From: Phycisphaerae bacterium
GTDB taxonomy: Bacteria; Planctomycetota; Phycisphaerae; UBA1845
NCBI GenBank assembly: GCA_024102815.1
Contig: JAGFJJ010000069.1
Span: 271,116 to 335,115, forward strand
DNA: 64,000 bases
Direction of reading: 5' to 3'
The position numbers were made by a program, and so were the translations under genes. The notes beneath the pieces were generated by a model that was not told the DNA's origin, ran no database searches, and was given only the letters and a program-made list of their open reading frames with translations. The number at the start of each line of letters is the position of its first letter. Position 1 is the stretch's first letter. This document shows positions 18,791-28,625 of the stretch, one piece after another.

Positions 18791-20239
18791 TCAGCCCACG
18801 CTGCCTTCCAGACTTACCTCGAGCAATTTCTGGGCTTCGACGGCGAATTCCATGGGCAGTTCGCGGAACACCTCCTTGCAGAAGCCGTTTACAATCATGG
18901 ACACCGCATCCTCCGTGCTGATGCCGCGCTGATTGCAGTAGAAAAGCTGATCCTCGCCGATTTTCGAGGTCGTGGCCTCGTGTTCCATCTGGGCGGTGCT
19001 GTTCTTGACTTCAATGTAGGGAAAGGTATGGGCTCCGCATTGGTCGCCAATGAGCAGGGAGTCACACTGCGTATAGTTCCGGGCCCGCTCCGCGCCCTGA
19101 TTGATCCGAACCCCGCCGCGATAGGTGTTCTGACCCCGCCCGGCGGAAATGCCCTTGGAGACGATCGTGCTCCGGGTGTTTTTCCCCACGTGGATCATCT
19201 TGGTACCCGTATCCGCCTGTTGACGATGATTGGTCATCGCGACGGAGTAGAACTCGCCGACGGAGTTGTCACCCAGCAGGATACAACTCGGATACTTCCA
19301 GGTGATGGCGGAGCCCGTCTCTACTTGTGTCCAGGAGATCCTTGAATTCCGGCCAGCACACTTGCCGCGTTTCGTGACGAAATTGTAGATGCCGCCGCGC
19401 CCTTCTTCATCCCCGGGGTACCAATTCTGGATTGTCGAATACTTGATCGTCGCGTTCTCCAGAGCGACCAATTCCACGACAGCCGCGTGCAGCTGGTTCT
19501 CATCCCGCATCGGGGCCGTGCAGCCCTCCAGGTAACTTACGTAGCTGCCTTCGTCCGCGATGATCAAGGTCCGCTCGAATTGTCCCGTCGACGCGGCGTT
19601 GATGCGGAAATAAGTGGAAAGCTCCATCGGGCAGCGGACGCCCTTGGGAATGTACACGAATGAGCCGTCAGTGAAGACCGCCGAATTCAACGTGGCGAAG
19701 AAGTTGTCCGTGTGGGGAACAACGGAGCCGAGGTATTTCTTCACCAGTTCCGGGTGCTCGCGGACGGCTTCGGAGAATGAGCAGAAGACAATACCTAGTT
19801 CTTTCAGTTTGCCCTGAAACGTCGTCGCAACGGAAACACTGTCGAAAACGGCGTCGACGGCCACGCCCGCCAGAACGGCCTGCTCCTGCAAGGGAATACC
19901 CAGCTTCTGGTAAGTCTCCAAGAGCTTGGGATCAACCTCATCTAGCGACTTCGGTCCGTCCTTCTTCTGTTTCGGGGCCGAGTAGTAAACGATACTCTGA
20001 TAATCGATCGGCGGATAGTTGATGTTCGCCCATGTGGGCTCTTTCATGGTAAGCCAATGGCGATAGGATCGCAGACGCCATTCCGTCATGAAGTCCGGCT
20101 CGCCCTTTTTCTGGGAAATGAATCGGATGATGTCCTCATTCAATCCCGGCGGAGCGCTGTCGGCCTCGATATCCGTTATGAACCCGTACTTGTATTCCTG
20201 CCGGGCCCAACGATCCAGGGTTTTCTGTGTGTCGGTCAT
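18791..20239 (-). CDS. sufB: Fe-S cluster assembly protein SufB
   Basis: [10 protein letters not shown]...[11 protein letters not shown], and the conserved C-terminal half ([12 protein letters not shown]..., [15 protein letters not shown]). ATG 20239 overlaps the Rrf2 stop (ATGA). Confidence 0.95.
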   Translation of the reverse strand: MTDTQKTLDRWARQEYKYGFITDIEADSAPPGLNEDIIRFISQKKGEPDFMTEWRLRSYRHWLTMKEPTWANINYPPIDYQSIVYYSAPKQKKDGPKSLDEVDPKLLETYQKLGIPLQEQAVLAGVAVDAVFDSVSVATTFQGKLKELGIVFCSFSEAVREHPELVKKYLGSVVPHTDNFFATLNSAVFTDGSFVYIPKGVRCPMELSTYFRINAASTGQFERTLIIADEGSYVSYLEGCTAPMRDENQLHAAVVELVALENATIKYSTIQNWYPGDEEGRGGIYNFVTKRGKCAGRNSRISWTQVETGSAITWKYPSCILLGDNSVGEFYSVAMTNHRQQADTGTKMIHVGKNTRSTIVSKGISAGRGQNTYRGGVRINQGAERARNYTQCDSLLIGDQCGAHTFPYIEVKNSTAQMEHEATTSKIGEDQLFYCNQRGISTEDAVSMIVNGFCKEVFRELPMEFAVEAQKLLEVSLEGSVG

Positions 20240-20838
20240 TCCGAATGATCTCCGGTTGCCGCAATCTTCTCCTGCGACAACACGTCGGTATGTACGTTTG
20301 AAACGACTCCGTTCCGTTCTCCGTTCCCGCAACATGTACGCCGAACGCCGGCTCCCTCCACCATTCGGCCGTCATGTGTCGGAGCACGGCTCGACTCCCG
20401 CGTTTGCGCAACCAGGCTGATGGTATCCCACGCCAGATCATGCACCGTAACGCGATCGAAGAACTCCCGAATGCCCATGTGCAGCTTCTTAACGGGCGAG
20501 CTGATTTCGCAGCCGGGTTCACGCTGGCAGCGACTGCCCCCACCAGTTTCCTCGCTCTCGCAACAGCGGGCCAACCGGACAGGCCCCTCCATCGCCTCGA
20601 CGATCTCGCGGACGGAAATTTCTTCCGGCAGCCGGGCCAGGCAATAGCCTCCAGCCACGCCACGAACCGAGCTCAGGTAGCCATAACGTGTCAGGCGATT
20701 CAGCACGTTGGTCAAGACGCGAACCGGTATATGCACACGGTCCGAAAGATCGCGTGCACACACTTTGCCCGCACCGTTGCGGGCCATGTGGGCCAACGCC
20801 ACGAGGGCGTAGTCGGTCTTTCGCGTCAATGAAAGCAA
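20236..20838 (-). CDS. Rrf2 family transcriptional regulator (IscR/SufR-like, Cys-ligand cluster)
   Basis: [18 protein letters not shown] wHTH N-terminus, then a CC-x10-C-x5-C cluster ([21 protein letters not shown]). TTG start. First gene of the suf block. Confidence 0.85.
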   Translation of the reverse strand: MLSLTRKTDYALVALAHMARNGAGKVCARDLSDRVHIPVRVLTNVLNRLTRYGYLSSVRGVAGGYCLARLPEEISVREIVEAMEGPVRLARCCESEETGGGSRCQREPGCEISSPVKKLHMGIREFFDRVTVHDLAWDTISLVAQTRESSRAPTHDGRMVEGAGVRRTCCGNGERNGVVSNVHTDVLSQEKIAATGDHSE

Positions 20839-20909
20839 ATTGACAATTCCGTAATCACATCATCGCGACTTGATCGCCGACCAAGGCGATTTTCGCCGCG
20901 GCCGTACCA

Positions 20910-21713
20910 TCATTGCAATACCGGATCGGATTCGAGCACAGCGCGGATCTTGTCCAGAGCACTCTTCTGGATCTGGCGGACGCGCTCCTTGCTCAGGCCC
21001 ATGGCATCGCCGCACTCGCCGAGGGTACGCCCTACGCCCCCGTCCATGGGGAACCGCCAGGAGAGAACCAGTGCCTCGCGCGGGGTCAATTCGCCCACGT
21101 TCTCGCGGAGCGCCTTGTTGACCCGCTCGGCGTGCAGGGCCGATCGGCTCTCTTCCTTCGCCGGACGCTCCAGCCAATCCTCGTGTCCGACCGGTGCGGT
21201 GCTTCGCGCGCGACGAGCCTTGCGAACCGAGTGAATCATCGCTCGCATCACCGCATTGCACGCATATGTGCTGAAACGGAAACCCAGCCAAGGATTGAAA
21301 CCTTCCACCGCACGAACGAGAGAGAAGAGCGCTTCGCTGCGCAACTCGTCGCGATCGACATCCTGCGTCTCGAAGCGGCCGATCATGGAATACACCAGGC
21401 CCAGATTGCGGTGGACCAGGTAATCCCGAATGGTCTTCCAACGCTGGGCCCAAATGCGACGTTCACGCGGACGGTTACCCGCTCGGCGTCGACTGTTGGG
21501 CGAAGCCCGATAGGCGCAAGTTTGGAGCGCCACAAAGGCGTCGTGCTCTTCCAGGTCCGGAATGTCCGCCTGTACGTCCTCGACTTGGCGGGCAATTCGC
21601 GCCGCGGAAGCGGACGCCGACGGCCTGCGTAGACGCCGATCGGGAATGTACCTCTTGCGCGCGTCCTTCCGCTCAAAAAACGCCTCCGGTGCGTTTGTCG
21701 TGTTTGCTACCAT
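20910..21713 (-). CDS. RNA polymerase sigma factor, sigma-70 family
   Basis: Region 2 (YLVHRNLGLVYSMIGRF, ALFSLVRAVEGFNPWLGFRFSTYA) and region 4 HTH (LSKERVRQIQKSALDKIR). Confidence 0.85.
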   Translation of the reverse strand: MVANTTNAPEAFFERKDARKRYIPDRRLRRPSASASAARIARQVEDVQADIPDLEEHDAFVALQTCAYRASPNSRRRAGNRPRERRIWAQRWKTIRDYLVHRNLGLVYSMIGRFETQDVDRDELRSEALFSLVRAVEGFNPWLGFRFSTYACNAVMRAMIHSVRKARRARSTAPVGHEDWLERPAKEESRSALHAERVNKALRENVGELTPREALVLSWRFPMDGGVGRTLGECGDAMGLSKERVRQIQKSALDKIRAVLESDPVLQ

Positions 21714-22002
21714 CTCTGCTGGTCACCTTCCACAAAGAGACCCAACGACCCCCCTCCCGGGACGGGCAGCCTCAGGCGGCCTTCTGGCCCGAAAGGAGCG
21801 GAATCATCACCAATGTGGTGCACATTAAATATATCACCACATGAGGGAGGTATCAACTGGCGAAAGCCCCGTTGGGCCGAGAATCCCCACTCTGGTACGG
21901 CCGTGTTACGGGCTTTGGATGCCGCGGCGGCCGGTGCGCCCGAATGAAGTACATCACAGGGCGGAAGGCTGCGCGTAAAGCAGCAGTGCAATTCTAGTGC
22001 GA

Positions 22003-22569
22003 CTAGACCTGCTGGAGTTCCTTCGACTTGGCGGACATGACGGCGTCGATTTCGTCCTCAAACTTCTTGGTGAGTTTCTGAATGCGGTCCTTGAGGTCCT
22101 TGGCCTCGTCTTCGCTCAGTTTGCTATCCTTCTCCAGCGTTTCCGCGGCCTTATTGGCGTCGCGCCGGGCATTGCGGACGGCGATCTTCTGTGCCTCGCC
22201 CAACTTCTTGACCTGTTGGACGATCTGCTGCCGACGCTCGCCGGAGAGCGGCGGGATGGGCAGGCGTATTGCCTTGCCGTCGTTCATCGGCGTCACACCC
22301 AGGTTCGAAGTTTGCAGGCCGCGCTCGATGTCCTTCAATGTCCCGGGATCAAACGGCTTGACCAGCAACGTCGCCGGATCGGGCACGGCGATCGTGGCCA
22401 GTTCGCGCAATTCGTTCTGCGTTCCGTAGCTGGAAACGTCGATGCGGATGTGCTCGACGAGCCCGGGGTGGGCCGTTCCGGTGCGCAGACCCCGAAGTTC
22501 CTGCTTGAGGTACTCGACGGCTTTGCTCATCTTGCCCGAACAGTCTTTCTCGATGGCGGCGGGGTTCAT
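22003..22569 (-). CDS. frr: Ribosome recycling factor
   Basis: 188 aa with the full-length RRF pattern (LRTGTAHPGLVEHIRID, IRLPIPPLSGERR, RNARRDANK). Confidence 0.95.
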   Translation of the reverse strand: MNPAAIEKDCSGKMSKAVEYLKQELRGLRTGTAHPGLVEHIRIDVSSYGTQNELRELATIAVPDPATLLVKPFDPGTLKDIERGLQTSNLGVTPMNDGKAIRLPIPPLSGERRQQIVQQVKKLGEAQKIAVRNARRDANKAAETLEKDSKLSEDEAKDLKDRIQKLTKKFEDEIDAVMSAKSKELQQV

Positions 22570-22684
22570 GACTGGTCTCCCGAAGTATTGCCACGATTCT
22601 ACACCAGGAAACGATGACGGAAAGTCTTGATGGCGTGGAACCGACGCGGCAAACGGGGCAGGGCAGAATGCTGCCGGTCACCGC

Positions 22685-23410
22685 TCAGGCGTCATCACCG
22701 ATATAGGTACCAATCCCGTTTCCGCAAACCACGTCGCGCATATTTCCGGGGATCCACAAATCGAGCACGACGATGGGAACGTGATTACGCCGACAGAGAT
22801 CGACGGCGCTGACGTCCATGATCTCCAGGCGCATCTCGAGCAGTTGATCGTACGTCATCCGCTCGATGCGCGTGGCACTGGGATCACGGACCGGGTCGGC
22901 GGTGTAAACGCCGTCCACTTTGGTGGCCTTGAGCAGTGCGTCGGCACCGATTTCTGCAGCCCGAAGGGCCGCCCCGCTGTCCGTCGTGACGAAGGGATTA
23001 CCGGTTCCGGCGGCGAGGATGACGACGCGCCCTTTCTCCAAGTGGCGTACCGCGCGGCGGCGGATGAACTTCTCGCAAACGCTCTCCATGGACAGGGCGC
23101 TCATGACCCGCGTCGGAACACCCAGCGATTCGAGCGTATCCTGCACGGCGAGGGCGTTGATCACCGTGGCCAGCATGCCCATGTAATGACCGGTCGATTC
23201 CTCGATCGGTGCCGTGCGGGCGATGGTGCTGCCGCGAACGATGTTCCCGCCGCCCACGGAGACCGAGACCTGCACCCCGAGGTCGACGACCAGCTTGATC
23301 TCGTCCGCAAGCCGGCGCAATTGGTCCCCGTCAATGCCGGTCCTCCCGGCCGAGCAGAGGCCCTCACCGCTGATCTTGAGAATAACGCGATTGAACTTCG
23401 GACTGTTCAT
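22685..23410 (-). CDS. pyrH: UMP kinase
   Basis: RVILKISGEGL, GGGNIVRG, ILAAGTGNPFVTTDSGAALRA. ATG 23410 is preferred over the upstream GTG at 23428. Confidence 0.95.
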   Translation of the reverse strand: MNSPKFNRVILKISGEGLCSAGRTGIDGDQLRRLADEIKLVVDLGVQVSVSVGGGNIVRGSTIARTAPIEESTGHYMGMLATVINALAVQDTLESLGVPTRVMSALSMESVCEKFIRRRAVRHLEKGRVVILAAGTGNPFVTTDSGAALRAAEIGADALLKATKVDGVYTADPVRDPSATRIERMTYDQLLEMRLEIMDVSAVDLCRRNHVPIVVLDLWIPGNMRDVVCGNGIGTYIGDDA

Positions 23411-23471
23411 GCATTCGCATCCAGGCACCCGCGCAAAGAAAACGGGGCCGAAGCCCCGCCGCTCAACAGCG

Positions 23472-24305
23472 CTACCCGCCGACCCGCATGACGACGAGGT
23501 CGGTCACGGCATTGACGCCGGCCTGTTTGAGAATGTCGCCGACCTTGGCCTTGCCGTAGTCGTCCGTCTTCACATGGAGCTGCTCCATGAGTACACGCTC
23601 GCCGAAGAACGCCGCCACCTTGCCTTCGGCGATCTTACCGGCGATCTGCTCCGGCTTGCCTTCCGCCTTGGCCATACGCAGGGCATCCGCCCGAACGGCG
23701 TCCACCTCGGACGCCGGTACACCGGTTCGGTCGACCGCCAGCGGATTCGTAAACAACGAGTGCATGCACAGGTCGGCAGCCACATTCTTGTCCGACTTGG
23801 GCTCGGCGTCCAAGGCGAGCAGAACACCGCTCTTGCCGTCATGGTGCACGTAGGAGGCCAAGCAAGCTCCCTCCACGCGCCGGCACTGCCTGAGATTCAT
23901 GGTCTCGCGCAGCCGGCCGAACACGTCCGTGAAGCGGGCATCCACTTCGGAATCGCCGCGGATCGATGCCGGATCAGGAGTTTTCTGCGTTCCTTCCGCC
24001 ACGCGCTTGGCGATAAAGTTGGCCAACTGGATGAATTGCTCGTTTTTGCCGACCGGGGCCGTCTCGCATTGCAGCTCGATGATGCCGCCGCTTCGACGAT
24101 CCGGAGCGATATAGACGCCGATGCGCCCTTCGCCGGTGGCACGATCGGCGCGCTCCGCCAGTTTGCCCTTGTGCTTGTTGCGCAGCCATTCGACCGCAGC
24201 TTCCATGTCGCCCTTGGCCTCGGTCAGGGCTTGCTTGCATTCCATCATGGGGAGGTCGGTCTTGGCCCGAAGCTCCTTGACCATTTGCGGCGTGATGTCA
24301 GCCAT
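23472..24305 (-). CDS. tsf: Translation elongation factor Ts
   Basis: MADITPQMVKELRAKTDLPMMECKQAL UBA-like N-terminus. ATG 24305 has AAGGTGA upstream (the track starts at a GTG 9 nt earlier). Confidence 0.95.
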   Translation of the reverse strand: MADITPQMVKELRAKTDLPMMECKQALTEAKGDMEAAVEWLRNKHKGKLAERADRATGEGRIGVYIAPDRRSGGIIELQCETAPVGKNEQFIQLANFIAKRVAEGTQKTPDPASIRGDSEVDARFTDVFGRLRETMNLRQCRRVEGACLASYVHHDGKSGVLLALDAEPKSDKNVAADLCMHSLFTNPLAVDRTGVPASEVDAVRADALRMAKAEGKPEQIAGKIAEGKVAAFFGERVLMEQLHVKTDDYGKAKVGDILKQAGVNAVTDLVVMRVGG

Positions 24306-24485
24306 GAAACTCACCTTCTCATTAACGATCGCGCGTCGCTTTCTCGGCGACCTTGCGAATCAAGAAAACCCTATCGGGCGGGAGAAAAACCACCACGCGG
24401 TCAATTCAGTCGGGGGCAGCGACCCCCTGCCGGTACATAGCGCCGGCCTCCCGACCCGGAACCAATTGGGATTTGAAGCGTCTCG

Positions 24486-25337
24486 CTACGATGTCTGGCC
24501 TTGCTCGACGGCATCTGCGGCCATGTTCGACGACTCGGTGGATTCCGCTCCCTTTCTCCCGCCGCGCTCGCCGCCCGCAGAAGCACCTCGGGAAGGCTCG
24601 CGACGCGGACGCCGTGGTGAAGGACCCTTCGTCTCGGCGGGCTCGGGAGCGACACGACTCTTCTTGCCCAGCTCCACGGCTTCCGCAAGGTGTGTCAGGA
24701 TCATGTCGATCGAGCGGATGGCGTCATCATTGCCAGGAATCGGTAGATCAGCGAAGTCCGGGTCGGAATCCGTGTCGATCAAACAGACCGTCGGGATGTT
24801 CAGGCGCCGCGCCTCACGCAATGCGTTACGCTCACGGTGAACGTCAATAACAACAACGGCGCCAGGAAGCCGATCCATATTGCGGATGCCGTCCAGATTG
24901 CGCTTGATCTTGCGCAACTCTCGCGTCCGCATGGCAATCATCTTCTTGCTGTATTCCTGGAGCGTACCGTCCGCCTCCTCACGTTCCAGCTCTTCGAGGC
25001 GGGCGAGGCGAGCCCGGATGGTCCGGAAATTGGTCAGGGTTCCGCCCAGCCAGCGCTCGCTGACGAATGGCATCCCGCAGGAGCGAGCGCATTGTTGAAC
25101 GAGGCCTCGCGCCTGCCGCTTTGTCCCAACGAGGAGTATGTCATCGCCTTTGGCGACGACCTGGGCGATGAACTTCTTGGCCCGGACGAGACCCTTGACG
25201 GTTTCACGTATGTCGATGATGTGAATCAGGTTGCGCTTGCCGAAGATGAATGGGGCCATCTTCGGGTTCCACCGGCTCGTACGATGGCCGAAGTGGATTC
25301 CGGAATCGATCAGTTGACGCACTAACTCCGCTGCCAA
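24486..25337 (-). CDS. rpsB: 30S ribosomal protein S2
   Basis: GIHFGHRTSRWNPKMAPFIFG, and a C-terminal basic/acidic extension. The TTG start at 25337 is preceded by GGAGG with 6-nt spacing. Confidence 0.95.
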   Translation of the reverse strand: MAAELVRQLIDSGIHFGHRTSRWNPKMAPFIFGKRNLIHIIDIRETVKGLVRAKKFIAQVVAKGDDILLVGTKRQARGLVQQCARSCGMPFVSERWLGGTLTNFRTIRARLARLEELEREEADGTLQEYSKKMIAMRTRELRKIKRNLDGIRNMDRLPGAVVVIDVHRERNALREARRLNIPTVCLIDTDSDPDFADLPIPGNDDAIRSIDMILTHLAEAVELGKKSRVAPEPAETKGPSPRRPRREPSRGASAGGERGGRKGAESTESSNMAADAVEQGQTS

Positions 25338-25585
25338 TCAACACCTCCGCACAAAAGGTCCTTGTCGCCACCCTGCCGGCTGGTCCCGTTGGGAGCCCCG
25401 CAGTCTAACAGATTCAGAATCGCCTTCAAGCGCGAGCGGCCGACATTTGGCCGGGGTTCATCATTGGGCGGCTTCCAGGGCGCGGCCGCTCTGTCTGAGT
25501 CTTCGCCGGAACCTTCCCAAGTGAGAATTCGCCCAACACACCCCGCTGGGAGCGGGCCAGCAGATTCCGTTGAACCGTGGCGAGT

Positions 25586-25630
25586 GATATAAACTACTAT
25601 TATATATATGGTTATGGATAACTTATCCAT
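25586..25630. promoter_or_regulatory. AT-rich island with perfect palindrome in the rpsB/lpxB divergent intergenic region
   Basis: gatataaactactattatatatatggttATGGATAAcTTATCCAT. The 8-bp arms ATGGATAA/TTATCCAT lie at 25614-25630. It is the only strongly AT-rich stretch for kilobases. Confidence 0.3.
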
Positions 25631-25719
25631 CAGGACCATCTGAAGCAAGGCGATCACCAGCGTGGGAAATTTCAGGGCCCCATTGCGTTGCTGTCCATTC
25701 GGCGGTCAATTCCCCGCCC

Positions 25720-26913
25720 ATGACCCCGCCGACCAAGGTTTTCATTAGTGCGGCCGAGCCCAGTGCCGACCAGCACGCAGCGAGCCTGATCCGGGCGGTG
25801 CATCGCGCCGACCCAGCGGTTCAGTTTGCCGGAGTCGCGGGTCCGAAAATGCGCGATGCCGGATGTGAGACGATATTCGACATCACGGGGCACTCGGCCA
25901 TGCTGCTGGGGGCCGTACGGCTGGTCGGGCGGGCGGTCACATACTATCGACGCTGCCGAGAACGATTCCAATCCGACCCGCCCGACGCCGTGGTTGTGGT
26001 GGATTCGCCAGCCTTGCACCTGCGCCTCGCACGAATGGCCCGGCGTCTTGATCTGCCGGTACTTTACTACATCGCTCCGCAGTTGTGGGCCTGGGGATCT
26101 CGGCGAATCAGCAAGCTGCGCCGGGATGTGGACGAACTGGCCGTCATCCTCCCCTTCGAGGAGGCGTATTTCCGGGAGCGTGGCGTCCGCGCCACGTATG
26201 TCGGTCACCCTCTCGCCGAACAGCACCGGGAACGGTCAGTCGACTCCAGCATCGTCGCTCGACTTCGGAAAGACGCTCGGACCTTCGTTGCCTTGCTACC
26301 CGGATCAAGGCGCCACGTCGTGAAGGAAGTTCTGTCGGGGCAGATTGAAGTGGCGAAGGCCATTTCTCGACAACTACCTGGCGCCTCGTTTGGCGTTTCG
26401 GTCGCCTCCGACGGCCTTGCCGAGATGATCTCGCGCGCCGCTGAAGGGACGGGAATTCGAGTCGTCATGGAGCGAAAGCACTACGCTGAACTCCTCGAAG
26501 CAGCCGATCTCGTGCTGGTCGCTTCCGGGACGGCGTCCCTGGAAGTGGCTATGCGCGGCAAGCCGATGATCGTCATGTACAACGCCTCGCGGATGATGTA
26601 CCACCTGGTTGGCCGTTGGATGGTTCGCACGCCGCACCTTTCCCTGCCGAATATTCTCGCGGGGAGGCGAATCGTTCCCGAGTTCATGCCCTACTACCGG
26701 TCGACGGACCCGATCTCTGCCGCGGCATTGGAATTGCTCACGAACGACGAAGTTCGCAGCAGAACGGTTGAGGACCTCAGGGTCATCACCGAGCCCCTTC
26801 GCGGCACGGATGCTTCATCGCGGACGACGGGAATCCTGATGCAGATGATTGAGCGGAGGCGCAGTCAACAGGCCTGTATGAATTCAGGCCGAGGAAAAGA
26901 GCGGGCGCCGTAA
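25720..26913 (+). CDS. lpxB: Lipid-A-disaccharide synthase
   Basis: KVFISAAEPSADQHAA N-terminus and a GT19-like pattern (YYIAPQLWAWG, VALLPGSR, ASGTASLE). Confidence 0.9.
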   Translation: MTPPTKVFISAAEPSADQHAASLIRAVHRADPAVQFAGVAGPKMRDAGCETIFDITGHSAMLLGAVRLVGRAVTYYRRCRERFQSDPPDAVVVVDSPALHLRLARMARRLDLPVLYYIAPQLWAWGSRRISKLRRDVDELAVILPFEEAYFRERGVRATYVGHPLAEQHRERSVDSSIVARLRKDARTFVALLPGSRRHVVKEVLSGQIEVAKAISRQLPGASFGVSVASDGLAEMISRAAEGTGIRVVMERKHYAELLEAADLVLVASGTASLEVAMRGKPMIVMYNASRMMYHLVGRWMVRTPHLSLPNILAGRRIVPEFMPYYRSTDPISAAALELLTNDEVRSRTVEDLRVITEPLRGTDASSRTTGILMQMIERRRSQQACMNSGRGKERAP

Positions 26914-27443
26914 AACCAGTCCGCCTCCGCAATGCGCGTTACCGACTGGGGCTGCTGCTGGGATCGGCAGTCGGTCAGGAGTTCCGTAATGGTCTGACCC
27001 AGAACCGGATGAACAACCTCCGAGGCGATATCCGTGAGCGGCTCCAGCACGAATCTGCGAAGGTGGAGTCGTGGGTGAGGAACGCGCAGATCCACTTCGT
27101 CGATTACGCGATCGTCGAAGAGGAGCAGATCGAGGTCGAGCGGTCGCGGCGCGTTGGGTTGCCGTCGCTGTCGTCCCCAGGCCTGCTCGATGTCTAGGAG
27201 ATGCTCGAGCAACGCGCGAGGCTCCAATCGCGTTGCAACGCGGACGGCCGAATTGAGAAACACCGGTTGATCGTCGGGCACGTCGACGGGAAACGTCTCG
27301 TACAAGCCGGCGATAGCGCCGGGACCGTCGATCGCCGTGGCGTGTAGATCATCGATTGCTTTGACCGCGCCGCGTAATGCGGCCAAACGGTTGCCGAGGT
27401 TGGAACCAAGCGCGATGAACGCCGTCGAGTCGTGATCTACCAT
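26865..27443 (-). CDS. folK: 2-amino-4-hydroxy-6-hydroxymethyldihydropteridine diphosphokinase
   Basis: IALGSNLGN, PRPLDLDLLLF, VPHPRLHLRRFVLEPL. The 3' end overlaps the lpxB 3' end by 49 nt (convergent). Confidence 0.9.
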   Translation of the reverse strand: MVDHDSTAFIALGSNLGNRLAALRGAVKAIDDLHATAIDGPGAIAGLYETFPVDVPDDQPVFLNSAVRVATRLEPRALLEHLLDIEQAWGRQRRQPNAPRPLDLDLLLFDDRVIDEVDLRVPHPRLHLRRFVLEPLTDIASEVVHPVLGQTITELLTDCRSQQQPQSVTRIAEADWFYGARSFPRPEFIQAC

Positions 27444-28603
27444 TGAATTCCCGAAATGCGCTTGACCGCTTCCCGAATCCGCTCCTCGCTTCTGACGAGC
27501 GAAAAACGCACAAATCCCTCTCCCGTGACACCGAGCCCGGCGCCGGGGATGACGACGATATCCGCCTCATCAAGCAGGCGACGCGCGGCCGACTGGGAAT
27601 CCACCCCCGGAGGAAGCTTCGCCCAGACGTAAATGGTTGCGCGGGGCGTCGTCACCGGCCAGCCTGCTTCCCTCAAACCGGCGACGAGCACGTCACGCCG
27701 TCGAGTGTACATGGCTCGAAGGTCGCGGATCTCAGGCCGATCGAACCCATCCAGTGCAGCCATGGCGGCGACCTGAATCGCCTGAAAAATACCGGAATCC
27801 AGATTGCTCTTGACCCGGGCGAGGGACGCCAGCGCTTCGCGGTTCCCAACGGCGAATGCGATTCGCCACCCGGTCATGTTGAATGTCTTGGAAAGCGAGT
27901 GGAACTCGATGGCGACGTCTTTGGCGCCCGGAATCTGAAGTATGCTCAGCGGGCGATCCTCTCCGAAATAGAGGTCGCAGTACGGCGCGTCCTGCGCCAC
28001 GAGGATGTCATTCTCGCGAGCAAAGGCGACGACCTCCTCCAGGAACGACCGCGGTGCGATCGCGCCCGTCGGGTTGTTGGGGTAGTTGAGCCAAAGGATC
28101 TTTGCCCGCTGGCGAATCTCAGTGGGGACCGCCTTAAGGTCAGGCAGCCAACCGTTCTCTTCAGTGAGCGGCATCGTGTGGCAGCTTCCGCCCGCAAAGA
28201 TCGTCCCATTCACGTACACCGGATATCCAGGCTCGGGAACGAGGGCGAGCTGTCCGGGGTTCAGCACACCGACCGGCAAGTGCCCGATGCCTTCCTTTGA
28301 GCCGAGCAGTCCTACGACTTCCGTGGCGGGATCGAGTCGGACGTCGAATCGCTTGTCGAAGTACCGGGCGGCCGCTTCGCGAAACGCAAGCATGCCGGTG
28401 CCGAAGGAATAGACGTGGTTGGCCGGGTCGCGAATGGCCTCGGCCATGCGGTCGACAATGAACGCGGGCGTAGGCTGATCCGGATCCCCCACGCCGAAGT
28501 CGATGACGTCACGTCCGGCCGCTATGGCATCACGCTTGCGGCGGTCAATTTCGGCGAAGAGATAAGCCGGTAACTGCGACAACCGATCGGATCGGAAGCT
28601 CAT
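27437..28603 (-). CDS. dapL: LL-diaminopimelate aminotransferase-like class I/II aminotransferase
   Basis: LSQLPAYLFAEIDRRKRDAIAAGRDVIDFGVGDPDQPTP N-terminus typical of DapL. NYPNNPTG and SLSKTFNMTGWR (PLP Lys). Confidence 0.75.
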   Translation of the reverse strand: MSFRSDRLSQLPAYLFAEIDRRKRDAIAAGRDVIDFGVGDPDQPTPAFIVDRMAEAIRDPANHVYSFGTGMLAFREAAARYFDKRFDVRLDPATEVVGLLGSKEGIGHLPVGVLNPGQLALVPEPGYPVYVNGTIFAGGSCHTMPLTEENGWLPDLKAVPTEIRQRAKILWLNYPNNPTGAIAPRSFLEEVVAFARENDILVAQDAPYCDLYFGEDRPLSILQIPGAKDVAIEFHSLSKTFNMTGWRIAFAVGNREALASLARVKSNLDSGIFQAIQVAAMAALDGFDRPEIRDLRAMYTRRRDVLVAGLREAGWPVTTPRATIYVWAKLPPGVDSQSAARRLLDEADIVVIPGAGLGVTGEGFVRFSLVRSEERIREAVKRISGIQW

Positions 28604-28625
28604 GGGTATAACTCACGTAGACCTA

